DNA of 46,570 bases, filler included, from Sphacelaria rigidula (taxonomy: Eukaryota): assembly GCA_964200075.2 (NCBI GenBank). It is 2 parts of 2 records of this genome, joined end to end, with 100 filler letters (N's around TTAATTAATTAA, not from the genome) between each part and the next. Parts side by side here need not be neighbours in the genome. Positions count along the whole stretch, not along the records: positions 1 to 23,237 come from CAXNAA020000273.1; positions 23,338 to 46,570 come from CAXNAA020000274.1. The stretch is one strand, 5' to 3'. Position 1 is the first letter of the stretch, and each line of letters starts with the position of its first letter. The translations under genes and the position numbers were made by a program. The notes beneath the pieces are model-generated. The model was given only the letters and a program-made list of their open reading frames with translations, did not search any database and was not told the origin of the DNA. This document shows positions 13,601-26,514 of the stretch, one piece after another.

Positions 13601-15654
13601 TTATGTATCACCATAACGAGCGATACTGTACTATCCTACTCTGTTGTCGCTATACTTGCAGGGTGATGTACAGCACTGCACTACTGAACTCTTCTCGCAC
13701 GCTGTTCACTGTTATTGCAATACCGACTGTGCCATCATGTATTACCACAAGGCAGTATCGTCTACTGTGATGGAGTGTACTGCACAGTATTAATGTACTT
13801 CCGCTGTATCATAAGTCTGTGCAGTTATGGGCGCTTAGTCGTAAAGGTACTTATACTTTGACGTTTAGCCTTTGGCCGGGTCCGTTAGAAAGACAAAACG
13901 CATACAAAGCTCACTAAAAAAAAAAAAAAACGGAGATTATCTTGTACACTAAAACTAGGTCAAAATATACCCCATTTTGGCCCTTTTTGGTCCACTTATA
14001 CCCCAATGTTGACCGATTTTGGACATTTTTCCGTCGAGCAATAGTGATCACATGCTGAAAAGTTGTTTGATAGGGCATGCGTAGTTTAACGTCACGGAGA
14101 TATCCAAATCAGTGGTGGTTTTGCGGTTTTGGCACTTTTTTCACGATTTTTCGCGATTTCCGGGCCTGCTATGCTTTACTGGGGAAAACAGCGAAAAATG
14201 GCCATATTTTGACCGACCCACTTTTCCTCGATCGCGAGGCTGCACGGGTCAAGCACCCATGTTGCAGAAAGAGTTTTGCTTTTAGCTAAAAAAACGCCAA
14301 GGAATGCAATAAAAAAATCGAAAATCAAATCTGACACCGTTAAGGGCTCGTATAAACATGACGGCACAGACTTATGAGACAGGGGAAGTATTACCCTAGG
14401 GTACCACGGTACGACACTGCACTTGAAGGATGACTCACCGCCTGCCTGCTCTTGGGGTTCACTGTAATAAGGTGCGATGCCGCACTCATGCTGAAAATGA
14501 CCGTCCGTGTACAGAACTAGTTTACAAAGCTGTGAGACGAAGAGTCCCCACGGATCTGACTTTCGTAAATATGAGTCCCCCCATTTCCACAGATTGCTAT
14601 CTCCACAGAATCGAGATTCGTCCTCATGAAAACACGTGGGGTAAAATTGTACTGTACAGTACGATGAATTATTTCAAGTATACACTTCAGCAGTACAGTT
14701 ATGGGTGGGACTGGAGGGCCTAACGACCAAAAATTCAGCGGCAAACTAAAAAAAAAACAGAAGTGCGGAGGAATAATTAACACGTCAGTAGGTGGTCGCA
14801 TCTGTGCTGAGGCCCTCTCAAGCAGAACGCACGCTTCATCACTTAAAAACTTGGTTTACTATGGGACAGCTGTAGCACGGGAGATCGCGCGGTTCTCGAC
14901 ATAGGAAGCAAGCCAGCCCACGGCACTTCACCCCCGCCCCCCCCCCCCGCATACACACAAGATCTAGGGAACCACGTTTCACATTTTCTTGGCGTCGCGT
15001 CAGCAGCGACAACTCTCCCCCCCTCAGAGCGCAAACCACCTCATTTTTGTACGTTTGGGTTTGTTGCGGCTCAGTATCACGCTCAAACGAAAAAGTGAAA
15101 TTGGTTGATCAAGCTTGGGTGCGTGGGAAGCGCACACAAGAAACCGCAGTCCAATCCTATGTTTCGTCACCGAGTTCTACGCGTTGCGCGATCAGCACTT
15201 TGGGGTTGAGGGTTAATAGCGCTATTCGAGGTCCAACATGGCAAATTCAAAAAAATCGGTGCGCATGCTTTTCTTTCTTGCCGCAAGCAAGTTGTGGCGA
15301 CATGCAGTTTGGTGCGTGCCGCCAGGCGCTGCTGCTTAGTTCTGTGCAGCTGTGCACTAGAGGCAATTTCGCCGTTCAACAGCGAGAATCCCTTGAAGTG
15401 TCGAATTTCAGAGGGGGAGTTCACAGAAGGAAGACAAAGCTAGCGGCTGCTTCGTGTCAGGGCTCCAGTACCGAAGCCGAGGCGTCTGGAGCGATTGCAC
15501 TACGTACACGGCCTTACATCTGTCACTGTCTGTGATCATGCATTTAGTATTTGTCTGTTTATATATACTAATATAATAGTCGGATGCAAATCATGCGACG
15601 TTCGACAAGCTTCCTTCCGAGTTTTTTCTTGCTGCGAGCAATGTGTGACGGTGT

Positions 15655-16320
15655 CATACTTTGTGGCGTGCCACTATGTGCTGCTTTGTTCTGTATGGCT
15701 GTGCACAAAAAGCAAAATAGCCCTTTAACAGCGAGAACCCTTCATGTATTGAGTTGCAGAGGGCGAGGTAACACCTGAACTTCGGCTGTTGGATCTGAAG
15801 GTTCCAGCGGAGAAACCACGGCGCCAAGAGCGATGTTTATTTTAGACTCGTACGCACTGACTATGTATGAACAGGTCAGCAGAGCCATGATGTTTCAACT
15901 GACTGCCTGTACATATGAAAAATAATATGTGAACTATGCGATTTACACCAACCTGTATCTTCGACCAGATGCTATTTTTTGGCACCAATCAATATCATGA
16001 CTTTTGCTTTGGTGGCGGCCCGCCATGTGCAGCTCTGTTCTGTGGGGATGTGCACAAAGGACAACCTCACGTATCATGAGCGGATGCCCTTTCATCCCTT
16101 GACTTGTAGAGGACGAGTTCACCGATAAAATACGGCTGGCTTGTGACAGACGTTTTCGAGACAGAACCCAAGGCGTCCACGAGTAGAGCGATCTTTATAT
16201 TTGATGACTCACTGGCCATGTATGACCAGGTCGGCACAGCAACAATGTTCCACGTGACCGTTTGTACCTATCACAAAGAATATGTACGCTATGCGACTTC
16301 AGCCAACTTGTTGTTTAAAG
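15655..16320 (+). pseudogene. Decayed coding sequence made of two diverged ~350-bp tandem domain repeats
   Basis: The units align at protein level (RAMFILDSYALTMYEQVSRAMMFQLTACTYEK*YVNYA vs RAIFIFDDSLAMYDQVGTATMFHVTVCTYHKEYVRYA) with several synonymous third-position differences. Stops and frameshifts are present. Confidence 0.55.
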
Positions 16321-17236
16321 GGGACACTATACAGGCGGGAAGGAGCGCAGTCGGTGACTAACCAGTTTACCTCGCCCATTCCCATATCACCATCCATCTT
16401 GTCTCTGCTGGCCTCTCAACGTTTTCCGTCACGTTTGTCCAACTTCTTCCCTCACGAGATTTTGAAATTAGAGGAAAATTGACGTTCGAGATGTTGATCT
16501 GGACAGATTGTACCAGACCATGCCCAAGCGACTGACAAGATGGGATTCCTCCCTCTCGTGCCATGACCCTGACTCCATGAGAGCCATTCAAAGTTCACTC
16601 TCCAATCCCGCAGTCACAGCTATGTGTAGGACATGCAGCGCGCAGCCAATCCGCGCAAGGTAAATATCTGGATCGTCACCATCAACATCGCCCTCAGTAC
16701 TTTCCACATGCGCGATGCTGCTGCTCATGATATTTCTTGGTGGTGTCTTTTCCCACTGAATACGTTGTACGGTATAACTCAGCGGTATCTTTTTCATCAC
16801 TGGCTGAGGTATACGTTATACTTGGTAAGCGGTAAGTGTTTCCGCCGGATGATTCATTTGGTATAAATGAGCGATACTTTTCCCCACTGTACGAGTCATA
16901 CGGTATACCTCAGCGGCACCAATTTCTACTGGCTGAGTTGTACAGTATACTTACTCAACGGTACCTGCCTCCAGTGTGAGGTATACGGTAATTCTCAGCG
17001 GTAGCAACTTCCATTGCTTTAGTTCTATCGCACAACTGAGTCAGCTCGTGAGTTGTCTGACGTGTGGAAGTTTGCTTTGAGTTGAGTGAGCTGCAAGCCT
17101 CACCGATTGTCGCACTGCAGCGGGTTGCTGAGATTCTAACTCTTTTAGTGCCGTACGTTTCAATGTGCGCGTCCCGCTTCCACTTCTTTCGCTCCTCTTT
17201 GTCCACAAGTTTTGGCGTCGTTGTTACGCATCACAT

Positions 17237-17259
17237 GCACACACACACACACACACACA
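17237..17259. repeat. (CA)n microsatellite
   Basis: Pure CA run. Confidence 0.9.
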
Positions 17260-19739
17260 TGTGGGATCACGACTTGTAGTACATTGGCAACTAATGCATC
17301 CTAACATGTTTTTAGACACGGCTGGGGGTGAGCAACCCGACTCAACGTGCGCAACGCAAACCAGAGGAAGTCACGCCAGTGTTGATCTCTCAATTTCCGA
17401 CGCACTCCCCCGCTGGGTTACATCTGTCAGGTGCGGTGATGTACTCTCTGTATTGTATTAGTTCATCGCGCGAAGATCAGTTGTGATGGTTGGAGCGATG
17501 AACTACGCCATGTACATTCTTGTTACGGGCAACTTCATCATATGTACGTTTGGTTTTAGAGCCGTTATTCACGCGTGTGCAGGCCAATTGTTTACTTGGA
17601 ATTAGGGTGCCGGAATAGGTCAAACGACGTGCTCACATCTTGATAGCAGCGCTCATCGAGAGCAACACGGAATACATCGGGGTTCATGTTGCCATGTGCG
17701 CCACGGCCAATTGCACAGTACTGCCAGCGGCAATTTTGTGACGGGCAACGAGGGCTTTTTGCGGAGATGTATGTATTGGAAAATTTCGGTTTGATGACGA
17801 ACACTGTTCTAGAGACAGATGGCCAAAATCTGGACTGGGAGCGTTACGCATTATACCCATGCACAGGTGCCTGTACCTCTCCCACCACAAGCATGTTTCC
17901 CTCTGTCGAGGAACACCCTTGAAGAAGTTCTCCCTACGCTCAATAGTAAACCCAAGCAAGTCAGCAGATTCAGCTGATGACACGCACACAGCTAGAAATT
18001 TCGACAGTGGTCGCTGGGACGCTTTTTGGGCTATCGAGCACCCAGAATTCGGAAGTCAACAGTACAGCGAAGCAGCTGGGCGTACAGGACAGTTTCCGTT
18101 TACGACACAGTACAGAAAGCAGTTTCAATCAAGTTGGGTCATGAGTTGTTATTCAAGAGGCAGTTTTGCGATAACCACCATAATTGCTTTTGCTTGTTAA
18201 GCATAGTTTGGCGTTAGTATTGATCCATTTACCACGAGCGCATTACGTCTTGACGGAACAAGAGACGCACAGTCTTCCACAGCCATATTACTTGGCCTTA
18301 TAAAGGCACCCGCCGTTCTGCATTATCGTTGTCGACGTGTCACTCGAGCGTGCCTCCAGAGTCATCATTTGCGTTGATGCCACGCGGCTCAACAACGAAA
18401 GGGGCGCCACGAAACATCTCCGGGAAGGAATTTGGTCGTACTTCGTGTGTCCTGTAATATCACAAGTAGTAACTACCTTGAAGTTCGCACCCCGTTACGT
18501 GCTCACCCCTTCCCTTTCAGCACCCTACTTTCGTCTACACAGCGGAGGTTTCCAAACTTTGTGCAGACTCCGTATGCCCGTCCGCCCCCCCCTGCACAAC
18601 ATGCCATTTGTTCCGTCCGGGAGGTGATCTGCACGGCCGGATTGCTTTGACACTCCTAACCGAGGCAACCTTCAGGGCTAGTGCGGTAGCGGTTATTCCT
18701 GCTAGTCACATTCCGAGGTTCATTATTATTATCATTATCATATTATATCCGTCACATTAGCTCGATCTCTCGAACCCGTGGTCACAGAGTGCAAGGAGCA
18801 TACCACCCATACCCATAATCCAAACAGCCCGCAGAAGAAGGCAAGAAACTAAACATCTACACGAAAAAGGTTTATTATCTCGATACTAGAAATGTTCCCG
18901 ATGCCCTGCTCTCCGACAATCTACCTGTTGCAGGTCGGCGTTCGCCCGCTCTACCTACGTGCTGCCTGTCTGTCGGGAAATAACGTAGATAATGACCACA
19001 CGCGACCAGTCTCTCGCGCAAAGTGACATTGAACTGTATATATACATTTCGGTTTTTTTTTTAGCCGCTAGCGTCGCCGTTAGAAATGACGCTGAATGGT
19101 CAAGCCTCATACCGGGATGTTTCGAGCGTTTCTCGGGTCGCCGATGACACTATGTTTCATGCTCGTTCCCCTGTGGCGATGACCCCGGGATATGTCGCAG
19201 AGGGTACTTGTATCTCGTCGCGATTAGTTCATGTTCGTAATCCTGTGCATGTCCTCCCGGCGTCCCTCGTCCGCGTTTGCTTTCAATGTCAGGACGAAAT
19301 ATTTCATATACCGATGGCACAGGCGTACTGCAAAGCAAACTACGGTGAGAGTGTTTTTTTTTCTTTCACCAAAATATATCGTGGAGTTGTAGACGTGAAA
19401 CGGGGCGTTCTCGTAAATAGTCGTGTGCACGTCTATACACAGATTGAAATGGGCAACACTAATCCAGCAGCGCATATCTGCGGCGCCATGTCACGCCCAC
19501 GGCTCTTCATCATAATTTAATATAAGTAGGGCAATTCATCCTAATTGTGCGGTCGTACGGAGGCACGAAAATCTGTTGTATCGGCCACTTCCAACCAGGT
19601 CGTGTCGACAATAAAGACCTTGCATACAGCCATTTAATTCATTCTAATATACCCTGTAATAGGTCATGACACCCATACCCTAAACTGACGTACCCTGTCG
19701 AATCGCTCTTGAATATATGTGTGTGCAAACGTAACACCG

Positions 19740-19814
19740 GGGGGGGGCGTACTCATGTGTTGCTTGCCTTAGTCCTTTGACCGTTGACCACGCATCCCTT
19801 TCGAGACGGAGCAT
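19740..19814 (+). repeat. Direct repeat, copy 1 (second copy at 23163-23237)
   Basis: ggggcgtactcat..gttgcttgccttagtc..tgacc.ttga.cacgcatccctttcgagacggagca occurs twice. Confidence 0.85.
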
Positions 19815-20263
19815 TAACACCGGGGGGGAGGGCTGGGGAGTGTACTCATGATCTCGCATGCCGTAATAAGAAGACCATTGACCTCGCATCCCTGCAAAGC
19901 CGGGGCGGACCACGCCGAGGTTTTGCCGGACCAGACTTGCAGTCAATCACCAAGTGCGATGCGCCGTGATGTGTTCGGTGAGTCGCATCAAGGGTGAGCT
20001 GCATCCTGCTAAGTTTGTTCGGCCCGAAGCGTACTGCTTATCTTGCATATGGATGACAGCCTCCAATGAATTGCTTTATTTTTTGCTATCGCCACTTCCA
20101 GAGACAGCCACGGGTTACGCACTGTCTCATGGCAGCGTTGAAAGTCGGATATCGATACTCGATACGATTCCGATAATATCGGCCGATACGGCGTATCGGT
20201 ATCGCCGCTTCCCAAGCCGATATTTGTCGATACGTATCAATATCAACATCAGATATTGATATG

Positions 20264-20267
<4 letters not shown>

Positions 20268-20300
<33 letters not shown>
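20268..20300. repeat. (TA)n microsatellite
   Basis: Pure TA run. Confidence 0.95.
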
Positions 20301-20304
<4 letters not shown>

Positions 20305-20310
20305 CACATG

Positions 20311-21846
20311 CGGGCTGGTTCACGGAAAACCCCCCCAAAACACTCATCGGCAAAACTTCACGCCGTTTTGAGGAGTTAGACCCTGAATTTTTGCACAGGT
20401 GTTCTACGGGTCATTACGCAACTTTGTATGGACGCAACTTTGTATGGGCGTGTTTTTTTTACTCTCTGACTTTTTTCACCGTTTTTCCGGTGTCCCAGGT
20501 TTTTCGGGAAAACTTCGATCCAGTCGGACCCCCGTAAAACGGTAAAAAAGAAGGAAGAAAAAACCTCGTCCGTACAAAGTTGCGTAATGATCCATAGAAC
20601 ACTTGTGAAAAAAATCAGGGTCTAACTCCTTAAAACGGCGTGAAGTTTTTCGCGTTTGTGCGATGAACCTTGCCGTGCCAAGGTGAAACGGCAAACTACT
20701 ACATGTTAGTACGAAAATGGCATTTTCGGGCCTTTTTTCGACGTGAACATGGAAATTCAAGCACCAGTTAATCGAGTTTGTACACGAAACTTTGTGGGAT
20801 TCTTTTTTGAGATATGCGGCGGCAGAGCGTTCGCGAAAAAAATGAAAAAAATGACTGTAGAGCCGGATTTCCGGGGCCCCATAATGGATGACTTCGAAAA
20901 AACGACTTGAACCCCGTCGGACCCCCGAAAAACGGCAAGAATTCAAGAATTAGAAAAACCTCGTTGGTCGAAACTTGCGTAATAATTCATAACACATATG
21001 TGCAAAGTTTTAGGGTATAAATCCAAATGAATGCGTGAAGATTTGCGCGTTTGTGCGAGGATGTGAGCTTAAAACGTGCAAACTCCTAATTACTTGGTTT
21101 GAGTATTAAACATCTTTTTAGCGTGAATTTTACGTCAAGGCAGGAAAAATTGTATGAGATCTTCGAGTGTCTCCACCAAAAAATGTACATGTGTTCCTTG
21201 GACCATCCTGCGACGCATCATGTTATTATTTTTTTATTTGAGTCATTCTGTACCGCCTTTCGGGGGCCTTTGTACTGGGACCCCCGGAAACCGGTTGAGA
21301 ACGGAGAAACTTTGGACCCTTGCCAAGAACACAATTTTTCCACGTGGAGCATTAATTCCTACGGAACTTCGAAGTTTGAAGATAATTGAGCTTTTCTACA
21401 ACAGATATGAGGGAAATCGTCACAAGGCTCCCTGGCTCTTTCCTGCGTATCATGAGTGGAGATTAGACGACGCCAAACTCCACATCACCGAAACATTACG
21501 GTTTCGGGTATAATTCGACCCCGTTGGAACCGTTTTCAAATACTATTCTCCCGTTCGATTCTTAAGGTGATGACGGTCACTACGATTTGAAGCATGTGGA
21601 GATTCAGTGGAAATTGGGCTTGGAATTCGTATTTTCAATTTCGGAACAGTTTGAAAGGCGCTGATTGGTCGAGGCACATTTTCGTCAATAGCGCCACCGC
21701 TGTAGCCTTTTGAAAAAATCCAGCTATGTCACCCTCTTCGTCTGGACATTGCGGTCAGTATGATACCATGTATGCGACTATTAGGTGCGTATTGCAGAAG
21801 GCATTTGCTGATGACGAATTTTTTGTTTTTTCCCTGAACCAGCCTG
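20311..21846. mobile_element. Tc1/mariner-like non-autonomous element nested in the hAT element's TA tract
   Basis: TIRs cgggctggttcacggaaaa / ttttccctgaaccagcctg with flanks TG (decayed TA) and TA. It contains long internal inverted and direct repeats. Confidence 0.72.
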
Positions 21847-23237
21847 TACATATATCATTTTTTTCACCTGGGGGGTGGTAGACAGCACATCGTCCCACCG
21901 CCCATCACCCCACTGCCCACCACCCCGCCACCCACCACACTCCACACACAATACAAAACACACAACACACACCGCGCAGCCACTTGCTGCGAACCACACC
22001 GGTCTGCCAACATGAGCCGCCTTCAGACTTTCGGCTTCGTGAAAGGCGGTAACGCAGAGTCTGCGGTCAACGTTTCTGCCGAACCTTTTGTATCTGTGTC
22101 TGCTACGGCGGCTGCTGCTGCACCAATGGCGGCCCCAGTGCCCTCAACCAAAAGTGGAGAGAGTGGGCAAGCAGAGTTACCCGCGAAGTTTTAGGTGTCT
22201 AGAGAGTATACTTCGTAGTGTAGTTGACAATGAAAAAATAGGACATATGCTGCCGACTTATTCCTTGTTTGGTATGGAGAACAGAAAAAGCGAGCGCGCA
22301 CTTGCAGTCATCATTTATCGCCCAGTTTCGACGTTCGGCGCGTCTGTTTTTGAATAATGAGTGCGTTTGCAGTGCGCAGTGCGCCGTGCGCAGAGCCGAG
22401 GTAAATGCTCAAGTTCGATAGAAACATGACGGAATAGTGGCTGCGGAATATACTTCGGTATATCACCGGCTTGAACAACACACTACTCATCATGTATCAC
22501 ACCTCGAGTTGTGATCACCTTCCTCTTTTGCGACTTGCCCCTTGCACGATGAACCATTTTCGTCAAACCGAAACATCACGCCGCGTGTTGTGCCGCCACT
22601 TCTATGATGTCAGATAACAAATCGCAAATCACGCACTGGTGCTGCTGTACCTTCATACAATCAGGCGTGCACCCACTCCGGGTTAGGTTGCTAGTGTCAG
22701 TGTAGTACCGTGAGGTCCTGCAAGCTATGTCCCCACCAAAACAGCCGTGTCGTATCGTATCGAGTATCAGTATCGAGTATCGATACGTATCGGATCATTT
22801 TCCGCGTATTGAAAAACGTATCGGTGTCGACGTCTTGAGGTCGATACGTTAAAAATGCCGTGTCGAACATTTTTTTTTCTTTTTCCGTTCGATATTCAAC
22901 ACTGCCTCATGGGCGTCTCACCATATAAACACCACGACGTACGACCATTCCCTTTGCGCGGAGTTCGGGTTCTCCACCTCGCTTAATGAGTTCAATGGGT
23001 TCTCTACTCGGCACAATATGATCTAGCTCGACCACCACCATGGTTACTAAAAAACGCGAGCGAAAACAACCGCTAACCTGGTTGCCTATTTTAACTCACA
23101 TAATGAGTGGCGTGTTTCACAGCATCGTTGCCAACCGACGCCCACCCTCACTTGGGGGGAGGGGGCGGGGGCGTACTCATTTGTTGCTTGCCTTAGTCGT
23201 CTGACCATTGATCACGCATCCCTTTCGAGACGGAGCA

Positions 23238-23337
23238 NNNNNNNNNNNNNNNNNNNNNNNNNNNNNNNNNNNNNNNNNNNNTTAATTAATTAANNNNNNN
23301 NNNNNNNNNNNNNNNNNNNNNNNNNNNNNNNNNNNNN
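23238..23337. other. Artificial scaffold linker (44 N + TTAATTAATTAA + 44 N)
   Basis: Exactly 100 nt and symmetric, with a core that gives stop codons in all six frames. Confidence 0.95.
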
Positions 23338-23599
23338 CTCCAGGTTCGCCTCAACGTGAGCAGCCCAAAACCGAGGAGTTTTGGTGTGTCAGTTGATCTT
23401 GTGGCGATCGGGGAGCAATTTTTCCGGCTGGAAAATGGCTTTTGGGTCACGGTCATCACTGGATAATGAATGCCGAGTCCCGCTGGCTTTTGCGAGACCG
23501 GTTGTTATTACCGACCTGGAACTATCGCAGTGATACGGCCGCCATGTTAAGGAGGGCGGTGTACGACGAACAGTTCTGTACTGCCACTGTGTCATGTTG

Positions 23600-23915
23600 C
23601 GTGTGTTGTCCTCTCATCTCTTCTGGGCGCCGATCAACACCTTTCGGTATATGTAGGCGCACCAGCGGGGGTCACACAGGAGGACGGTCAACACAAGAGC
23701 TTTTTATTTTTTATTTGTTTTTAGTACCTCACCCTCCTTTCGCGGTGCCCATTGCCTTTATTTTTTATCGCGAGAGGGGTTCAGCAGTCCCTGTCCCTCG
23801 TCGACCGTTAAGTCGAATTTTTTGTACCCACGACATGGTCGCTCTCCACTGTTGGACTTTGTGTGTGAGGAAAAATCCCAGATCGCTCCGAGAATTGAAC
23901 CCACGCCCCAACTGG
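23600..23915 (-). mobile_element. tRNA-derived SINE, family B, 5'-truncated
   Basis: Colinear with 30660-30975 and retains the B box. Confidence 0.8.
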
Positions 23916-23939
23916 CCGTGGCGTTGCGAAAAAGAATAT

Positions 23940-25372
23940 CCAACATCGAGGTAGCGGCAGTCATGAAATGTAATCAACATGATATTAATATATTGTTATG
24001 CCCGCAACGGCAGATCCATGCAAACTCCTGGGTGTCAGGCGTGCGTGCCCACTTCACGCTCACGCCTTGCAAGACTTCTGGAATCTACGGCACATTTCTA
24101 ACGCCGGTACCCTCAGCGCTTTGACCTTCACTCCCTGCTTCTGCGGACATCTTATTCTCTACTTGCTTCGACTTACCCCTACAGTACCGCCTACCGTTTC
24201 GGTACACCTGGAGCAGGCCGACGTTATCGGCAAACACGTGCGGGGCAGTACAGCAACTATTATCGCCATTATCCAGCGATCAGGGGGGTACCCCCTCATA
24301 AAATTGGGTACCCCCCCCCTCCTCCAACCCCAGAATGAGGTTTGCGCGACGAAAGAGGGGGTGGCTCATGGATTTCCCGATAAAGGGCCCCTCGGTAATA
24401 ATGCTCCCCAACCATGCGTATGAGCACCTTTCATGTGAAGCGGGGGAACCAGAAACTGTCCTGACGAAGCATCCAATGAAGGACAGTATCGCTCCTCCTA
24501 TACATTTACAGTCATACGCTGTCAGGCATCTTTCGGCAGCATTATTGGCGGTACTCATGCCCCTGTCTCCTCGTGTACACAGTAATGGCAGGCTGTGCCC
24601 AAACTGACAGGGGGCATTGGCTTCGACCCAGGACGTGGGCAATGGCGAGATACATGTGTCTTCGACACGACGTGGGTGAACCGTGTGCTCACGAATTAAT
24701 TATTCCAGGCGACTAGGGGAGATGTGGCTCAGCTTTCTTTCGAAAATCGGATTTCAGGCTTCTACAAGTTGTTGCGCTTTCAGCGGGGGCTCTGCTTCAT
24801 GATAATGTCAGTGCAATCAGTACGGTCACCAGCACAAAAAAACTGCCGTCGAACTCGTAGGACCAACACCATTTCCCGGAGTAGTAGAGTACTACTTCCC
24901 ACACCAAGTGCTTGCACGTCGTGTGAATCGTTGCCGCCGTTAAGCTACACCGTCTCGAGAAAACCGGCATCATGTGTCTTGTTGTCTTGTTGCCTACGCT
25001 CACCTGAAACATGAATAGCGACGTTCTATTTACAGGATGAACCGTGAGTGGGTTACCTCGTACCCATCTACTTTCGCTATTAATGCTCCAAAAAGAGCTA
25101 GGATTGTCTACAGTACCAAGAAGCAAGTCTAAGTGCATGAGAAGTAACTGTGTCTTCACCCAAAATATGGCAAATCTCAGTCAAGACGCCTCAGAAAAAA
25201 AAAATGTATCAGCCCGAACCTGGCGCGCAGCACAGAGGGGGGGGGGGGGGGGGGGGGGCCACCAAAATATAATTACAAAGGCGCAGCGGGGGGGGGCGGA
25301 CGTTTAAAAACATCGGNNNNNNNNNNACAACAAAGCCCAGACACAACGAAACAGCAGAGGCGAGGCGGGGGT

Positions 25373-25415
<43 letters not shown>

Positions 25416-26300
25416 CGTATCCTAATTTCAAGTTATCAAGGCTGCCAGGCGTGGCGAGACTTTCAATAACCAAGTTGATTCTGGCGTTCAAGGTGGAGGT
25501 TACGTTCCTGGAGACGGAGCAAAATCATGTATCTATCTTACCAAACTCATCCTGCTTTCGAGAGATTAGCACAAGTTGCCTGCCAGTCGAAAATATCAAA
25601 CGGCTGAGTTTTGGAGGGCTCTCGACACCGCGCCTTTCACTTCCTTGACTTGTGTCGGGGGGTACTAGAAATGGGGTAAAAATATCCTGTCACCTAATCC
25701 AGCTGTCTACAAAAGTTGGATCACTCCTGCAGTCAAGTCAGCGGCTTGTAGGGGCTTCCACACTGACTGTCTTTCTACAGTGGTGTTGGGCCGATGTGTA
25801 AAAATAGCCGGTTGGAACGGATCATCACGACCGAGAATCACCAAATCGACGACTTCTTCGGCCTGATTGCCCGAAAGGGAGAAAAAAGTTGACCGCTGGT
25901 CCAACGGGTATCCACGCAACTTTTACGCCATTCCACGTGTCTGGGCTGCGTGTACCTGGATTGCAACGCTGAAAACAAAGCCCAGGGATTGATTGATTCG
26001 TACGAGTCGAATCAATGATACTAAAACCAAGTAATTTCCAGACGAATCATTATTTGTCCGACCCTCCTCAAAAATTTCAACGCCCAAAACGGGGTAAGGG
26101 TGCCTGCAGTGCATGGAGCGAATGTTGTACCGTCAAGACGAAAAGGACCGTGTGCGCCAATGCGCGTTGCGGCGAGGATTGCGTGGAGACTTTTCTGACC
26201 AGCAGTCGAGTTTCTTCCCTTTTTCGTGCAATCAGGCCTGAAAAAATGTGGATTTGTTACTTCGAAGCGGCGATGATTCATCCGAACTGCGAAACTTAAA
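23940..26300 (-). mobile_element. Probable degenerate DIRS/Ngaro-like (tyrosine-recombinase) retroelement remnant within the carrier-gene intron
   Basis: Weak remnants in the expected order: RT-like 'GRNSTAG' and 'GYPLDQRSTFFSLS', then RNase H-like 'LLGTVDNPSSFWSIN'. No intact ORF. Confidence 0.35.
25366..25415 (+). repeat. Poly-G tract
   Basis: ~50-nt G run next to a 10-nt N gap. A second G run lies at ~25237-25258. Confidence 0.9.
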
Positions 26301-26496
26301 TACGAATAAATCGAAAGCATGCTCTCAGGAGCACTTGAACAGCATGCCAGCGGCCGAAAGTCTATTTTGTTGCACATTACACAGCGTACAACACCGCCTG
26401 CAAACCATCGGCTACCTCAAACCAAGCTCCTGTGAGACCATAATACAAAACTGCACTACAGTATGCAACAACAGTACGGTGCAGATATATACTCAC

Positions 26497-26514
26497 CGCC
26501 AACTGTAACTGGGT
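26497..26514 (-). CDS. Mitochondrial carrier exon 2, 18-nt micro-exon (TQLQLA)
   Basis: ctttccgtgccaacag|ACC CAG TTA CAG TTG GCG|gtgagt continues PLEFVK into the expected TQLQL motif in phase 0. Later exons were not found in the window. Confidence 0.75.

Larger units (their letters stand above)
20133..22904 (+). mobile_element. Non-autonomous hAT DNA transposon
   Basis: TIRs cagcgttgaa / ttcaacactg and an 8-bp TSD tctcatgg / cctcatgg (7/8). Dense CGATA/TATCG subterminal repeats lie at both ends. A short ORF at 22012-22194 may be a deleted transposase start. Confidence 0.85.

Noticed and set aside
13826..14354. AT-rich MITE-like tract
   Set aside because: The end similarity (ttatgggcgcttag vs taagggctcgtataa) is too weak and there is no second copy in the window.
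19086..19520. 144-aa plus-strand ORF with a possible gtgaga donor
   Set aside because: No recognisable homology and no compatible neighbouring exons.
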